From Eledone cirrhosa (taxonomy: Eukaryota), in NCBI GenBank assembly GCA_964016885.1, contig OZ024763.1:4340001-4404000 (forward strand): 64,000 bases of DNA, read 5' to 3'. Below, piece by piece: positions 1 through 14,030 of this stretch; position 1 is the first letter of the stretch, and each line of letters starts with the position of its first letter. A program made the translations under genes and the position numbers. The notes beneath the pieces were generated by a model. The model was not told the DNA's origin. It did not search any database and worked only from the letters and a program-made list of their open reading frames with translations.

Positions 1-665
1 TACTGGTATGTGAAGGAATGAATGTTACAATGGCATCAAATATTTTATGTAAACAAGTTGAGATTATTATTTATACCAAGAAGTGTTAAAGCTCAATGTT
101 TTCTACAATCCACAAATAAAATGAAGCTATTTGTCCAAGGTGTAATGATAGAAAATATTCTAGGAGTCTTACATAACATAATAATAAACCAATCATGGGA
201 CCAGACAGAATTTTGAACATTTCTTTAACTAGAATTTTTTTCCATACGCTGACGTGTATATGTATATGTATGTGCATGTGTGTATGTGCATATACACACA
301 TTTATATGTATGAGTATATAAATATAAATGCGCAAACACAGACGCACTTACAAAAATACACACTCACTGACATACATTTACATAAACACACACATATATT
401 CACACAAACACACATACATGTACAAAAAGACATACATATACACTCATGTACAGTGTAGTTTTTTTTCACCATCCCCTTCCTTCCTTTTACACACACATGC
501 ATTCACGCAGACAGTAGACATAAAGGGAGAGGAGTAGTATGAGGTAGTCAAAATACTACTCTCTCTTTATGTGTTGTGACAGAATCACAGAAATTTATAT
601 ATAGATAAAAGAAATATAAAAAATTCTGTCTGAACCTTTTGTGGGATTATTATTTATTAGTAAAA

Positions 666-984
666 GGGCGGTAGATTGGCAGTATCGGTAGAGGGTCGGA
701 CGCCATGTTAGGGCGGTAGATTGGCAGTATCGGTAGAGGGTCGGACGCCATGTTAGGGCGGTAGATGGCAGTATCGGTAGAGGGTCGGACGCCATGTTAG
801 GGCGGTAGATTGGCAGTATCGGTAGAGGGTCGGACGCCATGCTGTCTAGCATAGTTACGTCCCTTTACGATCTGAGTTCAAATCCCGCCGAGGTTGACTT
901 TGCCTTTCATCCTTACGGGGTCGATAAAATAAAGTACCAGTAATGCACTGGGTAATTGCTGGCCTTGTGCCTAAAGTAGAAACA
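666..984 (+). mobile_element. tRNA-derived SINE (family 1) with its 5' 45 bp tandemly quadruplicated
   Basis: B-box-like GAGTTCAAATCC, core gcctttcatccttacggggtcgataaaataaagtaccag, tail ggccttgtgcctaaagtagaaaca. Flanked by attatttattagtaa at 649-663 and 985-999. Confidence 0.85.
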
Positions 985-999
985 ATTATTTATTAGTAA

Positions 1000-1209
1000 T
1001 TGGCAGTGGATTGGTAGTATTGGTGGAGTATAGGACAACATGCAGTATAGTTACATGCTTTACATTCTGAGTTTAAATTCTGCCAAGCATAGCTTTGCCT
1101 TTCATCCTCATAGGGTCAATAAAATAAAGTACCAGTAATGCACTGGTGTCAATTTAATTGACTTTCCCCCTCTTTCAAAATTGTTGGCCTTATACCTAAA
1201 TCAGAAACC
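1000..1209 (+). mobile_element. Older SINE family 1 copy
   Basis: Diverged copy of the same head, core and tail, followed by a third attatttattagtaa. Confidence 0.75.
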
Positions 1210-1361
1210 ATTATTTATTAGTAATTTTTTGTTTACAGGTGACATTTTTACATTAATTTTGTTGTTTTTGTTCTTATGTTCTTTTAAATGTTTTTATTTC
1301 CGTTTAAATTTATATTTTCAAATACTTTGTTGTTGATGTGAATTACCTAAATTTCTGTGAA

Positions 1362-1935
1362 GGTGTCACGACAAAAAGCACCCAGTCCACACTGTAAAGT
1401 GGTTGTGAGGGTGTCACAACAAAAAGCACCCAGTCCACACTGTAAAGTGGTTGTGAGGGTGTCACAACAAAAAGCACCCAGTCCACACTGTAAAGTGGTT
1501 GTGAGGGTGTCACAACAAAAAGCACCCAGTCCACACTGTAAAGTGGTTGTGAGGGTGTCACAACAAAAAGCACCCAGTCCACACTGTAAAGTGGTTGTGA
1601 GGGTGTCACAACAAAAAGCACCCAGTCCACACTGTAAAGTGGTTGTGTAGATGTCACCACAAAAAGCACCCAGTCCGCACTGTAAAGTGGTTGTGTAGAT
1701 GTCACCACAAAAAGCACCCAGTCCACACAGTAAAATGGTCATGTAGGTGTAATGACAAAAATCACCCAGACCACACTGTAAATGTGGTTGGTGTTACGAA
1801 GGGCAACCAGCTGTAGAGACCATGTCAAAATCAGTTCTGTGTGAACGAAACATGGTCTTCTGACCTGATCTCTCATAAAGGGACAGCCCGTCCTGCCCAT
1901 GGTAGCGTGGAAAAATGGACATTAAATGGTGACAG
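1362..1935 (+). repeat. 48-bp minisatellite (~8 copies) expanded inside a SINE family 2 body
   Basis: Unit gggtgtcacaacaaaaagcacccagtccacactgtaaagtggttgtga. It runs on into the family 2 tail (gaagggca..cagctgtaga...ggacattaaatg) also seen at 2150-2295, 10110-10247 and 62940-63125. Confidence 0.85.
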
Positions 1936-4900
1936 TTAAACATATACACATGTCCAGATCCCCCCCCCCCCCGGGTTCAATCGGGGGTAACCACAGTAAG
2001 TAAGGTACTCAATACATAGAGTATATACACCTCATGACCACTTTACAGTGAAGACTGGGGTGCTTTTTGTCGTGACACCTACACAGTATATACAATACAG
2101 TATATATAAGTTACAGGACTAAAACTGTTTCATTCAAAGGAATACATCCTATCATTCCACGGCAAAAAAGCACCCAGCACTCACTGTAAATGAGGTTGGT
2201 GTTAGGAAGGGCATCCAGCTGTAGAAATCAAGCCAGAATCAGTTCCCGTCCCAACCTTGCAAGCAGGGAAAAGCGGACGTAAAATGATGATGATTTGTCG
2301 TGACCCCAACACAACTACTTTACAGTGTGAACTGGGTGCATTGTGTCCTTGAGCAAGTCACTTTATTTCATGTTTCTCTAGTCCACTTAACTGGCAAATA
2401 TGAGTTGTACCTGTAATTCAAAAGTCCAGCCTTGTTAAGAGTACACACAGAATGCTCAGCCATTTGCATGCTAATTTCATGATCTAACTGTTTGGTTCTA
2501 CCAACAACTGGAACTGATGGCGGTCCAACAACAATATATCGATATATATTTATACACACACATATAAACATACATATACAAACATGCATTTAAATACATA
2601 TAAACATACATATAAACATTCATATACATACATATGCACATATAAGTATCTCTCTCTCTCACTCTCTCTCTTTCTCCCTATGTGTGTGTGTGTGTGTGTG
2701 TACATTTAATGTATATTTAAAATATATTTGATTGAAAAAAAGTAGAATTATATTTCTTTTTTCAAATTTTAATTCTATTTTCTTTGTTTTTGTGTTGTTT
2801 TTTTAAATCTTGTTTTACTTTATCCTTTTTTACCTGTTCTGAATTTTATTAATTTTTATTTATTTAATTGATCAAAGAATACACTGCCAATCTCTTCACC
2901 ACCTGAAAACAGTAAATATTTTACATCTTCCACTGCCATAAACATTTTCTTCCCCACTTTTTATTATTTTTTTTTGTGGAACAAATTGCAAATAATTGGT
3001 GCTTTTCCTTGAAGGATTGAAGGAACCAAACAGGTTGAGATACCGAACCCCCCAGCAGAGTTATGTTATTAAGGACCGAAGTGAGATGAGATGCAAAAGT
3101 GTGAAATGTGAGTGAACTGTCTAAACTTTGTGTGTTGCCTGAGCTTTAGAAATGTATTGTTGACTGATTGTTTCATTTTTCTTTTGTTTTCTGCTCTTGA
3201 GATGAGATTTCCGTTGACAGATGAATTTAATTAATTGCTGATTTAGCAAGTTGTGTTATTGTTTTTGTTGTTTTGGGGAATGCATTTCACTAATTGCTAA
3301 CACATTAATGACTTGTCTTTCTCTCTGTATGTGTGTGTTTTTGTTGATTTCTAGGTTTATGTGTTCAGGTTGGTGACTTGATTGAGCTGGATGTGTGTTT
3401 GTTTTTGCTGCTCTGTTTGTATGTTTCTTTTCTGGTCTGTGTATGTGTGTGTGAAAACACAGAAAAATGGCACAGGCTAATTTTGAAAGCTCGTTATGTT
3501 GATGCGGAAGGTTTAATTATATAAGTAGTGTGGGAATCGACTTTCCATGGTATTTAGTTCCAGCTCCTAATGATCTGAGTTTATATCTTGCTGAGGTCAA
3601 CTTTGCCTTTCATCCTTTCAATATCCATAAAATAAAGTACCAGACAAATACTGGGGTTGATATAATCAACTTTCCCTTCCCTCCAAAATTTCTGGCCTTG
3701 TGCGTATGTTAGGAACTGGTAAAATGATTGAGGAATACATTACCTTACGGGAGTTGAGTAGATGAGGCAGAACTGGTTCCCAGCCATTTCACTGCCAAGG
3801 ATCCCTTTATTTAAATGAATTATTCTATAGACACCTGCTTTGACTACAATTACACCTCGTCTCCCACAGTATTATACAGCAAGAATAACAATTGAAAGAA
3901 GAAATGTTTATACTTAGGAAAGAATGGATACCTGATAGTGTGTATGTTATGTTATGCTAACAAAACACTAGGCATTGTTTCATGGTGAGAATAACTATTG
4001 AAAGAAAGTATTTACACCTAAAGAACAATGGATACTGTCACCACCATGTTGAAGTTGACCAATGGCTGGTGTGCAGCATGATTTGAGCTCATGAACCATG
4101 AGTTTGTTTTGCTTCTTGTGTGTTTAAAGAAAGAAACCTTTACATTGCTTTAATATGGATTGGAAAGTTCTGGAAAACTGGACATAACATGCATGTGTTG
4201 TGAGCCAGTTTCTTTTCAAAGCTGACTTAAATTTCATACACTAACCAGTCTTCTGAATGTTTGTTTACTAGGTGTGAAAATTTTAACATTTGCATGAGTT
4301 ACAGTTGGGTGTTTTCTCCTCCACCCTGCTCAATTTAACCTATTTTAATTAATTTTTAACATATAGGTGGTGAATTGGCAGAGTTATTAGAGTGTCAGAA
4401 TAAATGCCTTGGTATTTTTGTTCTGATTCTCTGCACTCTTTTCAACTCCTGCTCCTGTGGTCAACTTTACTTTTCATTTTTTCGGGGTTGCTAAAATGAA
4501 ATACCAATTCATGTATGGTGGATTGGCAGAAAGATTAGGGAGTCAGACAGGTTGCTTTGAGGTATCTGGTCAAATCTTGACTTCTGTAACTGGAACACTT
4601 CTGCAGTGACACTTCTACCAAAGGTTGTGACTAACAGTCTCAACCATGGAAAGACTAATGAAAGCATGGCTTCCTTCACCTGATTTGATGATCAACTCCC
4701 TTTTTTTATTTTTTAAAACCCCTTTTATTACCATATTTCTATGATTTTCAAATACTTCTGAAAATAATCAAGAATTTAGCAGGATTTAGTGATATAACTT
4801 TCTCATTATTAAGTTGGTGTTTTGGAGCATAACATAAAGGTTCGTACATAAAATTTTGGCATATTGGTATAGAGGTACATTAGTACAAGGGTACATTGAT

Positions 4901-5224
4901 ACATTAGTACAGGGGTACGTTGGTACAGAGGGATGTTGGTATATTGGGAAGTTGGTACATTTGTACAAGGGGTGTGTTGGTACATTGGTACAAGGGTAAA
5001 CTGTACATCAATACAAAGGAATATTAGTACAGGGGTACATATTGTTACATTGGGACTTGGACTAAAGATGAGTCATCAGCCCTGACTCTGTCCCCTCCAT
5101 TGAATTACATACAGGTACCCTACAAAATATAACTCGATAAAAACATATTTTAAGGTTTAGATTTGTTTAGATTTTGTTTCTTCATATTTTTAGTTATTTT
5201 CATTATTTTATCATGTAAACTAAT

Positions 5225-5504
5225 ATACAGTAGAACCTCACAGTACAAGTGCCCCATTGTACCAGTAATTTACTGTACCTTACAATCCCTAAACTATATA
5301 TACTAGATGAACCTCACAGTACAAGTACCTTATTGTACCAGTAATTTACTGTACCTTACAATCCCTAAACTATATATACTAGATGAACCTCACAGTACAA
5401 GTGCCCCATTGTACCAGTAATTTACTGTACCTTACAATCCCTAAACTATATATACTAGATGAACCTCACAGTCCAAGTGCCTTATTGTACCAGTAATTTA
5501 CTGT
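5225..5504. repeat. 76-bp tandem repeat, ~3.7 copies
   Basis: gaacctcacagt recurs at 5233, 5309, 5385 and 5461. Confidence 0.9.
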
Positions 5505-6294
5505 ATGAGCTGAAGCTCGTGCAAATGCCTGTCTTGTAGTAGGAGTGGAAATCCGCAGTATGAGCAAGTTTCATACAAGCGACCTCTAGTCAGTGCTGAG
5601 CCCACACACGTTCTCCCAACAAGTGCAGCCTCCGCTCAGTTCAGGGGTTTATCTCGTGACAGCATTCCTATTGTGTTTTTTCAGTGTCTTTTTTTTTACT
5701 TTTAATTTTGTGTGTTTTTTGCTATTATTTTATAATAACTGCACCTTTTTTGTTTTAAAACCCATAAAAAAATTATTTTCGGCTTTTGGGTGGCTGGAAC
5801 AGATTATTTAATTTTAATGGAGAAAATTGATTTGTAAAACGAGTAAATCGAGCTCGGTCATAGAATGAATTAAACTTATACTGCAAGGTGTCACTGTACA
5901 GGAATGGCTGTGTGGTTAAGGTGTTCACTTCGCAACATTGCTGTAGATATGGCTGGGTGAAGTTCACTTCACAACATAAGTGTAGACATGGCTGTGTGGT
6001 GTTCACTTCACAACATAGGTGTAGACATGGCTGTGTAAGGTTCACTTCACAACATAGTACTCAATACATTATAGAGTATATGCAAAATTGAATATAGAAA
6101 TCACTTCTACAGGAGTAGAACTGTTTTATTCGAAACCTGATGATTTCTTTTGAATGAAACAGTTCTAGTCTTGTAGAAGCCCTCTCTCTCTCTCTCTATC
6201 TCTCTCTATCTATCTATATACACACATATATATATATAATAATTTCAAAAAATGTCAGCATGGTTAAGTCTTTAGACTATGAATTCAAAATAGG

Positions 6295-6590
6295 GGCAGG
6301 ACAAAGGCAATGAAAACAGGACAAAGGCAATGAAAAAACAAACAGTCCCATTTCTTCAGCTAACCTCTGGAAATGGTTACAGTTTCGGGATTTTAGGGTT
6401 GACATTTTTTATTCCAGTGCACATTGGGACATAAGAAAACAGGTAGAGACAAGTTATGCCTTTCAGTGAATTACACAGATATCGATTAATGGTATTAACC
6501 TTAATTTACCAAAACCATAGTGTTTTCCAGAGGTTGACTGAAGAGATGGACTGTCTATCTTCCCATTGTTTTTTCCATTGTCTCTGTCAT
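6295..6590. mobile_element. Degenerate inverted-repeat (MITE/foldback-like) element
   Basis: acagtcccatttcttcagctaacctctggaaa is an imperfect reverse complement of tttccagaggttgactgaagagatggactgt. Confidence 0.5.
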
Positions 6591-6601
6591 GTTTAAATTT
6601 A

Positions 6602-6632
<31 letters not shown>

Positions 6633-6898
6633 TTCTTTGTGACCCTCAGTCTGTTTCAAATTTTTATATGTAAGATTTGATATAATGTACATATGGGACA
6701 TAGACACCCCCACCCCCATCCCCCAACGATAAAGTGTGGGCCATTAAAAAATATATTACTGTTTCCTGCTTAATACCGTTTGTTTTGTTCACAAAAACTG
6801 AAGTACCTTTTCTGAAATTTTACTTCAAAACCTCTCCACTCACCTCTACTTCTTTATTTCTTCATAATTATATAAATCTATGTATATATACATAGATA

Positions 6899-6943
<45 letters not shown>

Positions 6944-8510
6944 TATATATATAATAGTATAAATAAAATTTCATACACTTAACATGTATGAGTGACCATT
7001 GGTTTTGGTGTCCAGCTTTGGCCACTACTGTATATTGGAGGAGGTTCTTCCAAACTAACCCCCTCGTCGGGTACCATAACTACAAATATCCTGTGTATGC
7101 ATATATATATATATATTTCCATAAATATGTATACAAATACATGTATATATCTGTGTATGTATATGTATATATATATATATATCTTATTACATTCTTTCAC
7201 TTTGCACCAAAATATAATTGCAGCTGCACACATCTAATGCACTTAATGTCCAATATTTCCTCTGTTGAGCCATGTTCTACTCTCTATCTCCTCTATTTGC
7301 TAGAGTTACCGTCTTCCTGTCTCTATTGCAATTATCCATGCTATGACTGGTGCTATTGCAGTTTTAAACACTACAAAGGTATAACCTTGTCTTACTACTT
7401 GTCTACCCATAGATTTGTTTTCTTTTTTCAGATTAAAAGAAAGAAGTTGATGAAAGAGTTAATACAATATATGTTGATGCATAATATAAAATTATTTAAT
7501 TATAATATACAAACACTTATTTTGAAGATAAAATGGGCCTTTTGTGTTGTAGAAGAAAAATATCAATATTAGTATTATCTCTTAACATCCTGGAATGATT
7601 TTGTAAAATACATCTCAAAACATCTTTATTCAAATGTTTCTATTTTCTTTACTCGTGGACAAATCATTATGGAAATTTACATTAGTAGGGAGAAGAATTT
7701 AAATTATTGTGATGCAGTTGTAGTGATATACTTTCAACAATGTCTTGTTACTGTGGCTTTATTTGGTTTATTAATTCAAATGTTGGACAAATTGTCAGTA
7801 AACTAAAGATTAATTTTGATGCAGTTATAGTACTGTTTTGTACTAGTCAAAAATATCTTAATATCGTTTCATGTGATTTGTTACTTCAAATATATATATA
7901 TATTATCTCTACCAGTGGCTAGTGAAAATTCACAGTATTAGAGTAAAAATTTGATGTTTTGAATATGTTGTTTTGTACTTTCAAGAATGTGTTGATTATG
8001 TGATTTCATGTGATTTATCAATCCAAATGTTTATAGTATCATTACTTGTGGACAGATTGTTGTTGAAATTTGCAGTATTAGTGAAAAGATTTTAATTTTT
8101 AACATGATGTAGTCATAATAGTATTCTGTACTTTTCAAGAATGTCTTGCTAATGCAGTTTCATGTGGTACAGGATATTGAGTTATGTGTCAAAATAATGT
8201 AAACTATGTATGTCTATTTAAGCCACTTTGTACCATATTAAAGGAGTTAAAGGGAATTTATAGTTATTACCCACACACACACCCATCCATACATACATAC
8301 ATACATACATGCACAACTAACCACATGCATTTTATTTAAACCAATCAATATACAAATATATTCTCTGACTAATAAAGCAGTAAAAATATTCACGGCTACC
8401 ACAGGACACAGCCAGATGAAGTGATTCACTTGAAACTTCGAAGTCACTGCCACTTTTCTACTTAATATATATATATAGTTAAAAGAATAGAGGTGTAACA
8501 CACAAGTTAT

Positions 8511-8887
8511 TATATATTGGTAAACGGAATAGAAAATGCTGACAAATTGTTCACAGTTGAAAAATGGTTTAATTAGGAATAAAAGAGTATTAGTGATTGT
8601 ATGGGTTAGTATTCAGTTGTGGTTTTAAGTTTTTACCGGTTGCGCATTTCTAAATGCTTTTCAAAAATAATTTTGAGATAGAGTGTCCGTGCAGATCAGA
8701 GCAAACAGCACGGACACTCTATCTCAAAATTATTTTTGAAAAGCATTTAGAAATGCGCAACCGGTAAAAACTTAAAAACTTTAAACCACAACTGAATACT
8801 AACCCATACAATCACTAATACTCTTTTATTCCTAATTAAACCATTTTTCAACTGTGAACAATTTGTCAGCATTTTCTATTCCGTTTA

Positions 8888-8897
<10 letters not shown>
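8511..8897. repeat. Near-perfect long palindrome (~185-bp arms, 15-nt loop) abutting (TA)n
   Basis: Left arm 8511-8692 is the reverse complement of 8708-8897 apart from one small indel; loop agatcagagcaaaca. Confidence 0.95.
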
Positions 8898-8935
<38 letters not shown>

Positions 8936-9299
8936 TTTGAGTTAAAAACTGACAATAATCTCCAGGAAGAGATTCAAAGCTGTTTATAGATCACAGTTAT
9001 GAAAGACACATGAGATAATAGGGGATAAAATACCACCCTGGTAAAGATCATAGAAACTACAGATGGAACGCTATATATACAAACAAATTAAAAGAATAAA
9101 TCAATGTGTACAAACCTTCCACTATAACAATATACATCCGGGCATTATAAAATTATATGTTTCGCTATAGAGTGCAAAGAAATGATAATGAAGCTTAAAA
9201 ATGGATGTACCTGCCAATTATGAACTCCATATCACAGAGAGAACTGATAAATCATCTATTATCTTATGTATTTTATTATGTCTTTCTCGCATTGTTATG

Positions 9300-9917
9300 A
9301 TTTATATATATATATATATAGATATAGATATATATATATATATAGATATATATATAGATATATATATAGATATATATATAGATATAGATATATAGATATA
9401 GATATATATATAATATATATATATAATATATATATATAATATATATATATAATATATATATATAATATATATATATAATATATATATATATATAATATAT
9501 ATATATATATATTATATATATATATTATATATATATATTATATATATATATTATATATATATATTATATATATATATTATATATATATATTATATATATA
9601 TATTATATATATTATATATTTATATATATTATGTTTATATATATTATATATATATTATATATATATTATATATATATTATATATATATTATATATATATT
9701 ATATATATATTATATATATATTATATATATATTATATATATATTATATATATATTATATTTATATATATATTATATTTATATATATATTATATTTATATA
9801 TATATTATATTTATATATATATATATTATATATATATATATATTATATTTATATATATATATTATATATATATATTATATATATATATATATTATATTTA
9901 ATATATATATATATATG
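9300..9917. repeat. Complex (TA)n / TAGA microsatellite tract
   Basis: Directly visible low-complexity AT sequence. Confidence 0.95.
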
Positions 9918-9928
9918 TGATTGTGTGT

Positions 9929-10247
9929 GGAGGCCCATGGCTTAGTGGTTAGAGCATTGGGCTTCCAATTGAAAGGTTGTGAGTTCAATTCTCAGACCGG
10001 GTGATGTGTTGTTTCCTTGAGCAAGACACTTTATTTCACGTTGCTCCAGTTTACTCGGCTGTAGAAATGAGATGATAGGGACTGGGGTCCCTATCATTCC
10101 ACTGGAGGTGCCACGGCAAAAAGCACCCAGCACTTACTGTAAATGAGGTTGGTGTTAGGAAGGGCATCCAGCTGTAGAAATCAAGCCAGCATCAGTTCCC
10201 GTCGCACCCTTGCAAGCAGGGAAAAGCGGACGTAAAATGATGATGAT
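9929..10247 (+). mobile_element. Near full-length tRNA-derived SINE (family 2) with an (ATG)n tail
   Basis: A box TGGCTTAGTGG, B box GAGTTCAATTC, core ccttgagcaagacactttatttcac, 3' end ggacgtaaaatgatgatga. Related copies at about 2150-2295, 11850-11970 (-), 24200-24495, 31110-31325, 62600-62795 (-) and 62870-63125. Confidence 0.85.
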
Positions 10248-10337
10248 ATATATATATATATATATATATTATTAAAATGGAGTCATTGAAAAGACCAATA
10301 TATCTTTGACCGTTTTTTGACTCACTCAATGCTTTAA

Positions 10338-10845
10338 TTAACCATTTACATTACTCTATATAAACTATTGTATTTTCACAATAGACACTTTATTACTCTA
10401 TATATACTATTGTATTTTCACAGTAGACACTTTATCTCACATAATATCTCTCACAACATTTACATTACTCTATATATACTATTGTATTTTCACAGTAGAC
10501 ACTTTATCTCACATAATATCTCACATAACATTTACATTACTCTATATATACTATTGTATTTTCACAGTAGACACTTTACCTCACATAATGTCACATAACC
10601 ATTTACATTACTCTATATAAACTATTGTATTTTCACAGTAGACACTTTATTACTCTATATATACTATTGTATTTTCACAGTAAAGGCTTTATCTCACATA
10701 ATATCGAATCCTTGAGATTTTGATATTATTTCTTTTGAGAACAATACCTTAACATCAGTATAAGTTGCCAGTTATGGCCGGTTTAGATAGAAAAAGGTGA
10801 GGAAATTCTGGCCAGATACGGCTGGTTTAAATGCTAAAGGGTTAA
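10338..10845 (+). mobile_element. piggyBac-like MITE containing a ~72-bp internal tandem repeat
   Basis: Right end aatgctaaagggTTAA and degenerate left end TTAAccattt. Left-end copies ttaacccttttagcattta at 23321 and ttaatcctttggcattta at ~36233. catttacattactc recurs at 10343, 10457, 10529 and 10600. Confidence 0.6.
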
Positions 10846-11110
10846 GCCAGTATCTTTAAGATATCTACCAAAAAGGAAAGCAGAGTGCACACTAATATGT
10901 TAAATAGTGAGAAAAATGATTTTGTGTGGGTAGAGAGTTTGATTGTCCCTGGACTAATGTATTAGTTGGTACTCCATCTGCTGGTGATACTCCATGTTAG
11001 ACTGGCACAGCTAATGCTATTAAACATTACATTACATAATATATATGGATGTGTGTTTCTGTGTGTGTGTGTGTATGTATATATATAGAAGTATAGTGTA
11101 TGTATGTATG

Positions 11111-11159
<49 letters not shown>

Positions 11160-11161
<2 letters not shown>

Positions 11162-11265
11162 AAGGCGGGTAAAATTCCCCGAGATCCATGGACGAGTTCT
11201 CTCCAGCGGTCTCTGTCCCTCATTATCGCTGCCATGTCCTGCATCTCCAACAGACCAGTGTCTGT
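11160..11265 (-). mobile_element. 3'-terminal fragment of an RTE-clade LINE
   Basis: Minus strand reads DTGLLEMQDMAAIMRDRDRWRELVHG, matching the DR..WR motif at RTE ORF C-termini; embedded in (TA)n. Confidence 0.6.
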
Positions 11266-12443
11266 CCTTATATATGTATGTATATATATATATATATTAT
11301 ATATGTATGTGTATGCATGTATATGTATATTTATGTAAGTCTATATGTATGTCTGTATATAGTATATATGTATGCATTTATATGAATGTATATATGTGTA
11401 TATCTACGTGTGTGTGAGTGTGTGTGTGTATATATATATGTATATATATAAATCAATAATATTAATAAATGGAAAATATCTTTATAAAACCATATTTATT
11501 TTATGATATATATTTCAAGGGTACCAGTATTTTGGTATGCTATCATCAGATAAAATACAATATTTGGTTTACAGATAATGGCATACTGACAAATGAACTT
11601 AATGTTATGAGTTCTATATATAAAATAGTAAAACAGAAAAAACAGTAGAAAATGCTAAAGGGATTTTCTCTCAGAATAACATCAAAACATTTATTTACAA
11701 AATAGCAATTTCCACATTATTTGTACCGGTTTCTGCTTGTAGGCTTTTTATACGACAGAAGTGTATAATCCAATTAAACTGCATATTAATAAGAACAATA
11801 AGAATATGGGGAAAAAATTTGTTTTTACATACATATATATATATATCATCATTTTTCATCATTTCATTTTACGTCTGCTTTTTCCCTGCTTGCAAGGGTG
11901 GGACGGGAACTGATACTGGCTTGATTTCTACAGCAAGGCCGATGCTCTAACCACTAAGCCATGTGCCTCCATATATATATAAATGGAATAGAATGAAATG
12001 AAATTTCATTTCTCACTCTTAGTACGGCAGTTACTTAAATACATACATACTTGCATATATATATATATATATATAAAGATTCAGCGAGAATCACATTTCG
12101 GCGGGCAGGAAAAGCGAAGCGAAACGCAAAAATCAGAAATGATACTGGCAAAGTGCTCAATAGTTAAAAACCAGAGCTAAACAATGTGTTAAGAAGCCAT
12201 ACAAAATCAAGAAGGCATTAACCACTCAGGCTAAACAGGTGAAAACAAAATAAATGATTATATATATATATATATATATATATTTAAATTTAGTAGTCAA
12301 ATACAATTATTAAGCTCTAAGAAAATACTTCTGATACAGGCGGACTATATGTACTTGAATTAAGGTATTTCTATCTGGCTAAAAAAATTGTCATTTTACA
12401 AAAAAAACCACATTAGTGTTGATCATATTTTTTTAAATTGTAC

Positions 12444-12533
<90 letters not shown>

Positions 12534-13769
12534 AGTTAACATTTTTGTCTGTAGTTTTCTTTCTCTCTTAGTGCTGACCTTAGCTGTGTCACCATTAATA
12601 TTCGTGGATCTCCAATCTTATTAAATGCAGCATGGTTTTAAAAATAAAAGGAAGAAAAACTATACAAATGTAGCTATGCGAATTAAATGTTAATAAATCA
12701 TTGATTAATTAAAAAAATAATATATTGTTATTGGAATAATATTAATAAATCTAGGGGCCATTTAACATAATTTACTACAGTTATAACCTTTAAGCAAATT
12801 CCTTTCAGTATTTCAAATTTAATTTACTCTTTACCTGTGTAAAATTGTAAATAGTTTGGAAACTGCAGGTATGGATATAGAAATATCAATATTCTATCAC
12901 CCCATTTATCTCTCTCTTTCTTTCCCTCTCTCCCCATCTCTCTCTCCATTTATCTCTTTCTTTCCCTCTCTCCATTTATCTTTCTTTCTCTCTCTCTTTT
13001 CTTTTACTCTCTATCTCTTTCTTATTCTATCTCTTCCCCCACCTTTCCATCTTGCTGCCCCTCTCTTCCCTTTCTTTCATTTTCCTTCACCCCCCCATAC
13101 ACCCATTAATAACATCATATTGTACAATAAACATATTTCCACCCAAAAGTAACTCAGTATTTTAAATTCTAAATGTGGATACTGTGTTGTGTTGTTATAC
13201 TGTGTTGTGATACTGTGTTGTGATACTGTGTTGTTATACTGTGTTATGTTGTGATACTGTGTTATGCAATGTAAGTGTGATATATTGGCTGAGTTGTGAG
13301 TTTCACATACAGTACTTACCACTATTTCTTCTGGCTGTTTAAAACCCACCAAGGTCAACAGTATTTCTCATCCCTCCGGGGTCCATAAAATAAAGTACCA
13401 GTAAAATACTGGGGTTGATATATAATTGTTTCTACTTTAGGCACAAGGCCAGCAATTACCCAGTGCATTACTGGTACTTTATTTTATCGACCCCGTAAGG
13501 ATGAAAGGCAAAGTCAACCTCGGCGGGATTTGAACTCAGATCGTAAAGGGGTTGATATATAATACCAGTTGTAGTACTGCCGTTGATATAATACAATACC
13601 AGTAAAATACTGGGATTGATATAATACAATACCAGTAAAATACTGGGGTTGATATAATATAGTACCAGTTGTAGTACTGAGGTTGATATACTAAGCTTTC
13701 CCCCCCTAACTCCAAATTGCTGGCCTTGTGTCGATGTTAGGGAAAATAAACAAATTAAGTTATGTTGTT

Positions 13770-14030
13770 ATATTATGTTTGTGTTAACCAAGTATTATTA
13801 TGTTTGTGTTAACCAAGTATTATTATGTTTGTGTTAACTAAGTATTATATTATATTTATGTTAACCTAGTATTATATTATGTTTGTGTTAACCAAGTATT
13901 ATTATGTTTGTGTTAACCAAGTATTATTATGTTTGTGTTAACCAAGTATTATATTATATTTATGTTAACCTAGTATTATATTATGTTTGTGTTAACCAAG
14001 TATTATGTTTGTTTTAACCAAGTGTTAAAA
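13770..14030. repeat. ~25-bp minisatellite
   Basis: Unit tattatgtttgtgttaaccaagtat, about 9-10 copies. Confidence 0.9.

Noticed and set aside
1343-1742. 16-aa repeat ORFs on both strands
   Set aside because: A 48-bp unit is divisible by three; the sequence is SINE-derived.
3468-3510. LKARYVDAEG resembling a PB1-domain acidic motif of the aPKC N-terminus
   Set aside because: Too short to be significant, and no C1 or kinase N-lobe exons lie between it and 21439. Kept only as a weak cassette-exon candidate.
6107-6180. Hairpin containing CTGATGA...GAAA (hammerhead ribozyme-like core)
   Set aside because: Stem II would open with U-U and stem I does not pair. The arms match a repeat segment also seen near 2112-2140, so it is best read as a fold-back fragment.
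9929-10000. tRNA-like sequence
   Set aside because: It has A and B boxes but no proper acceptor stem, and it continues into a SINE body.
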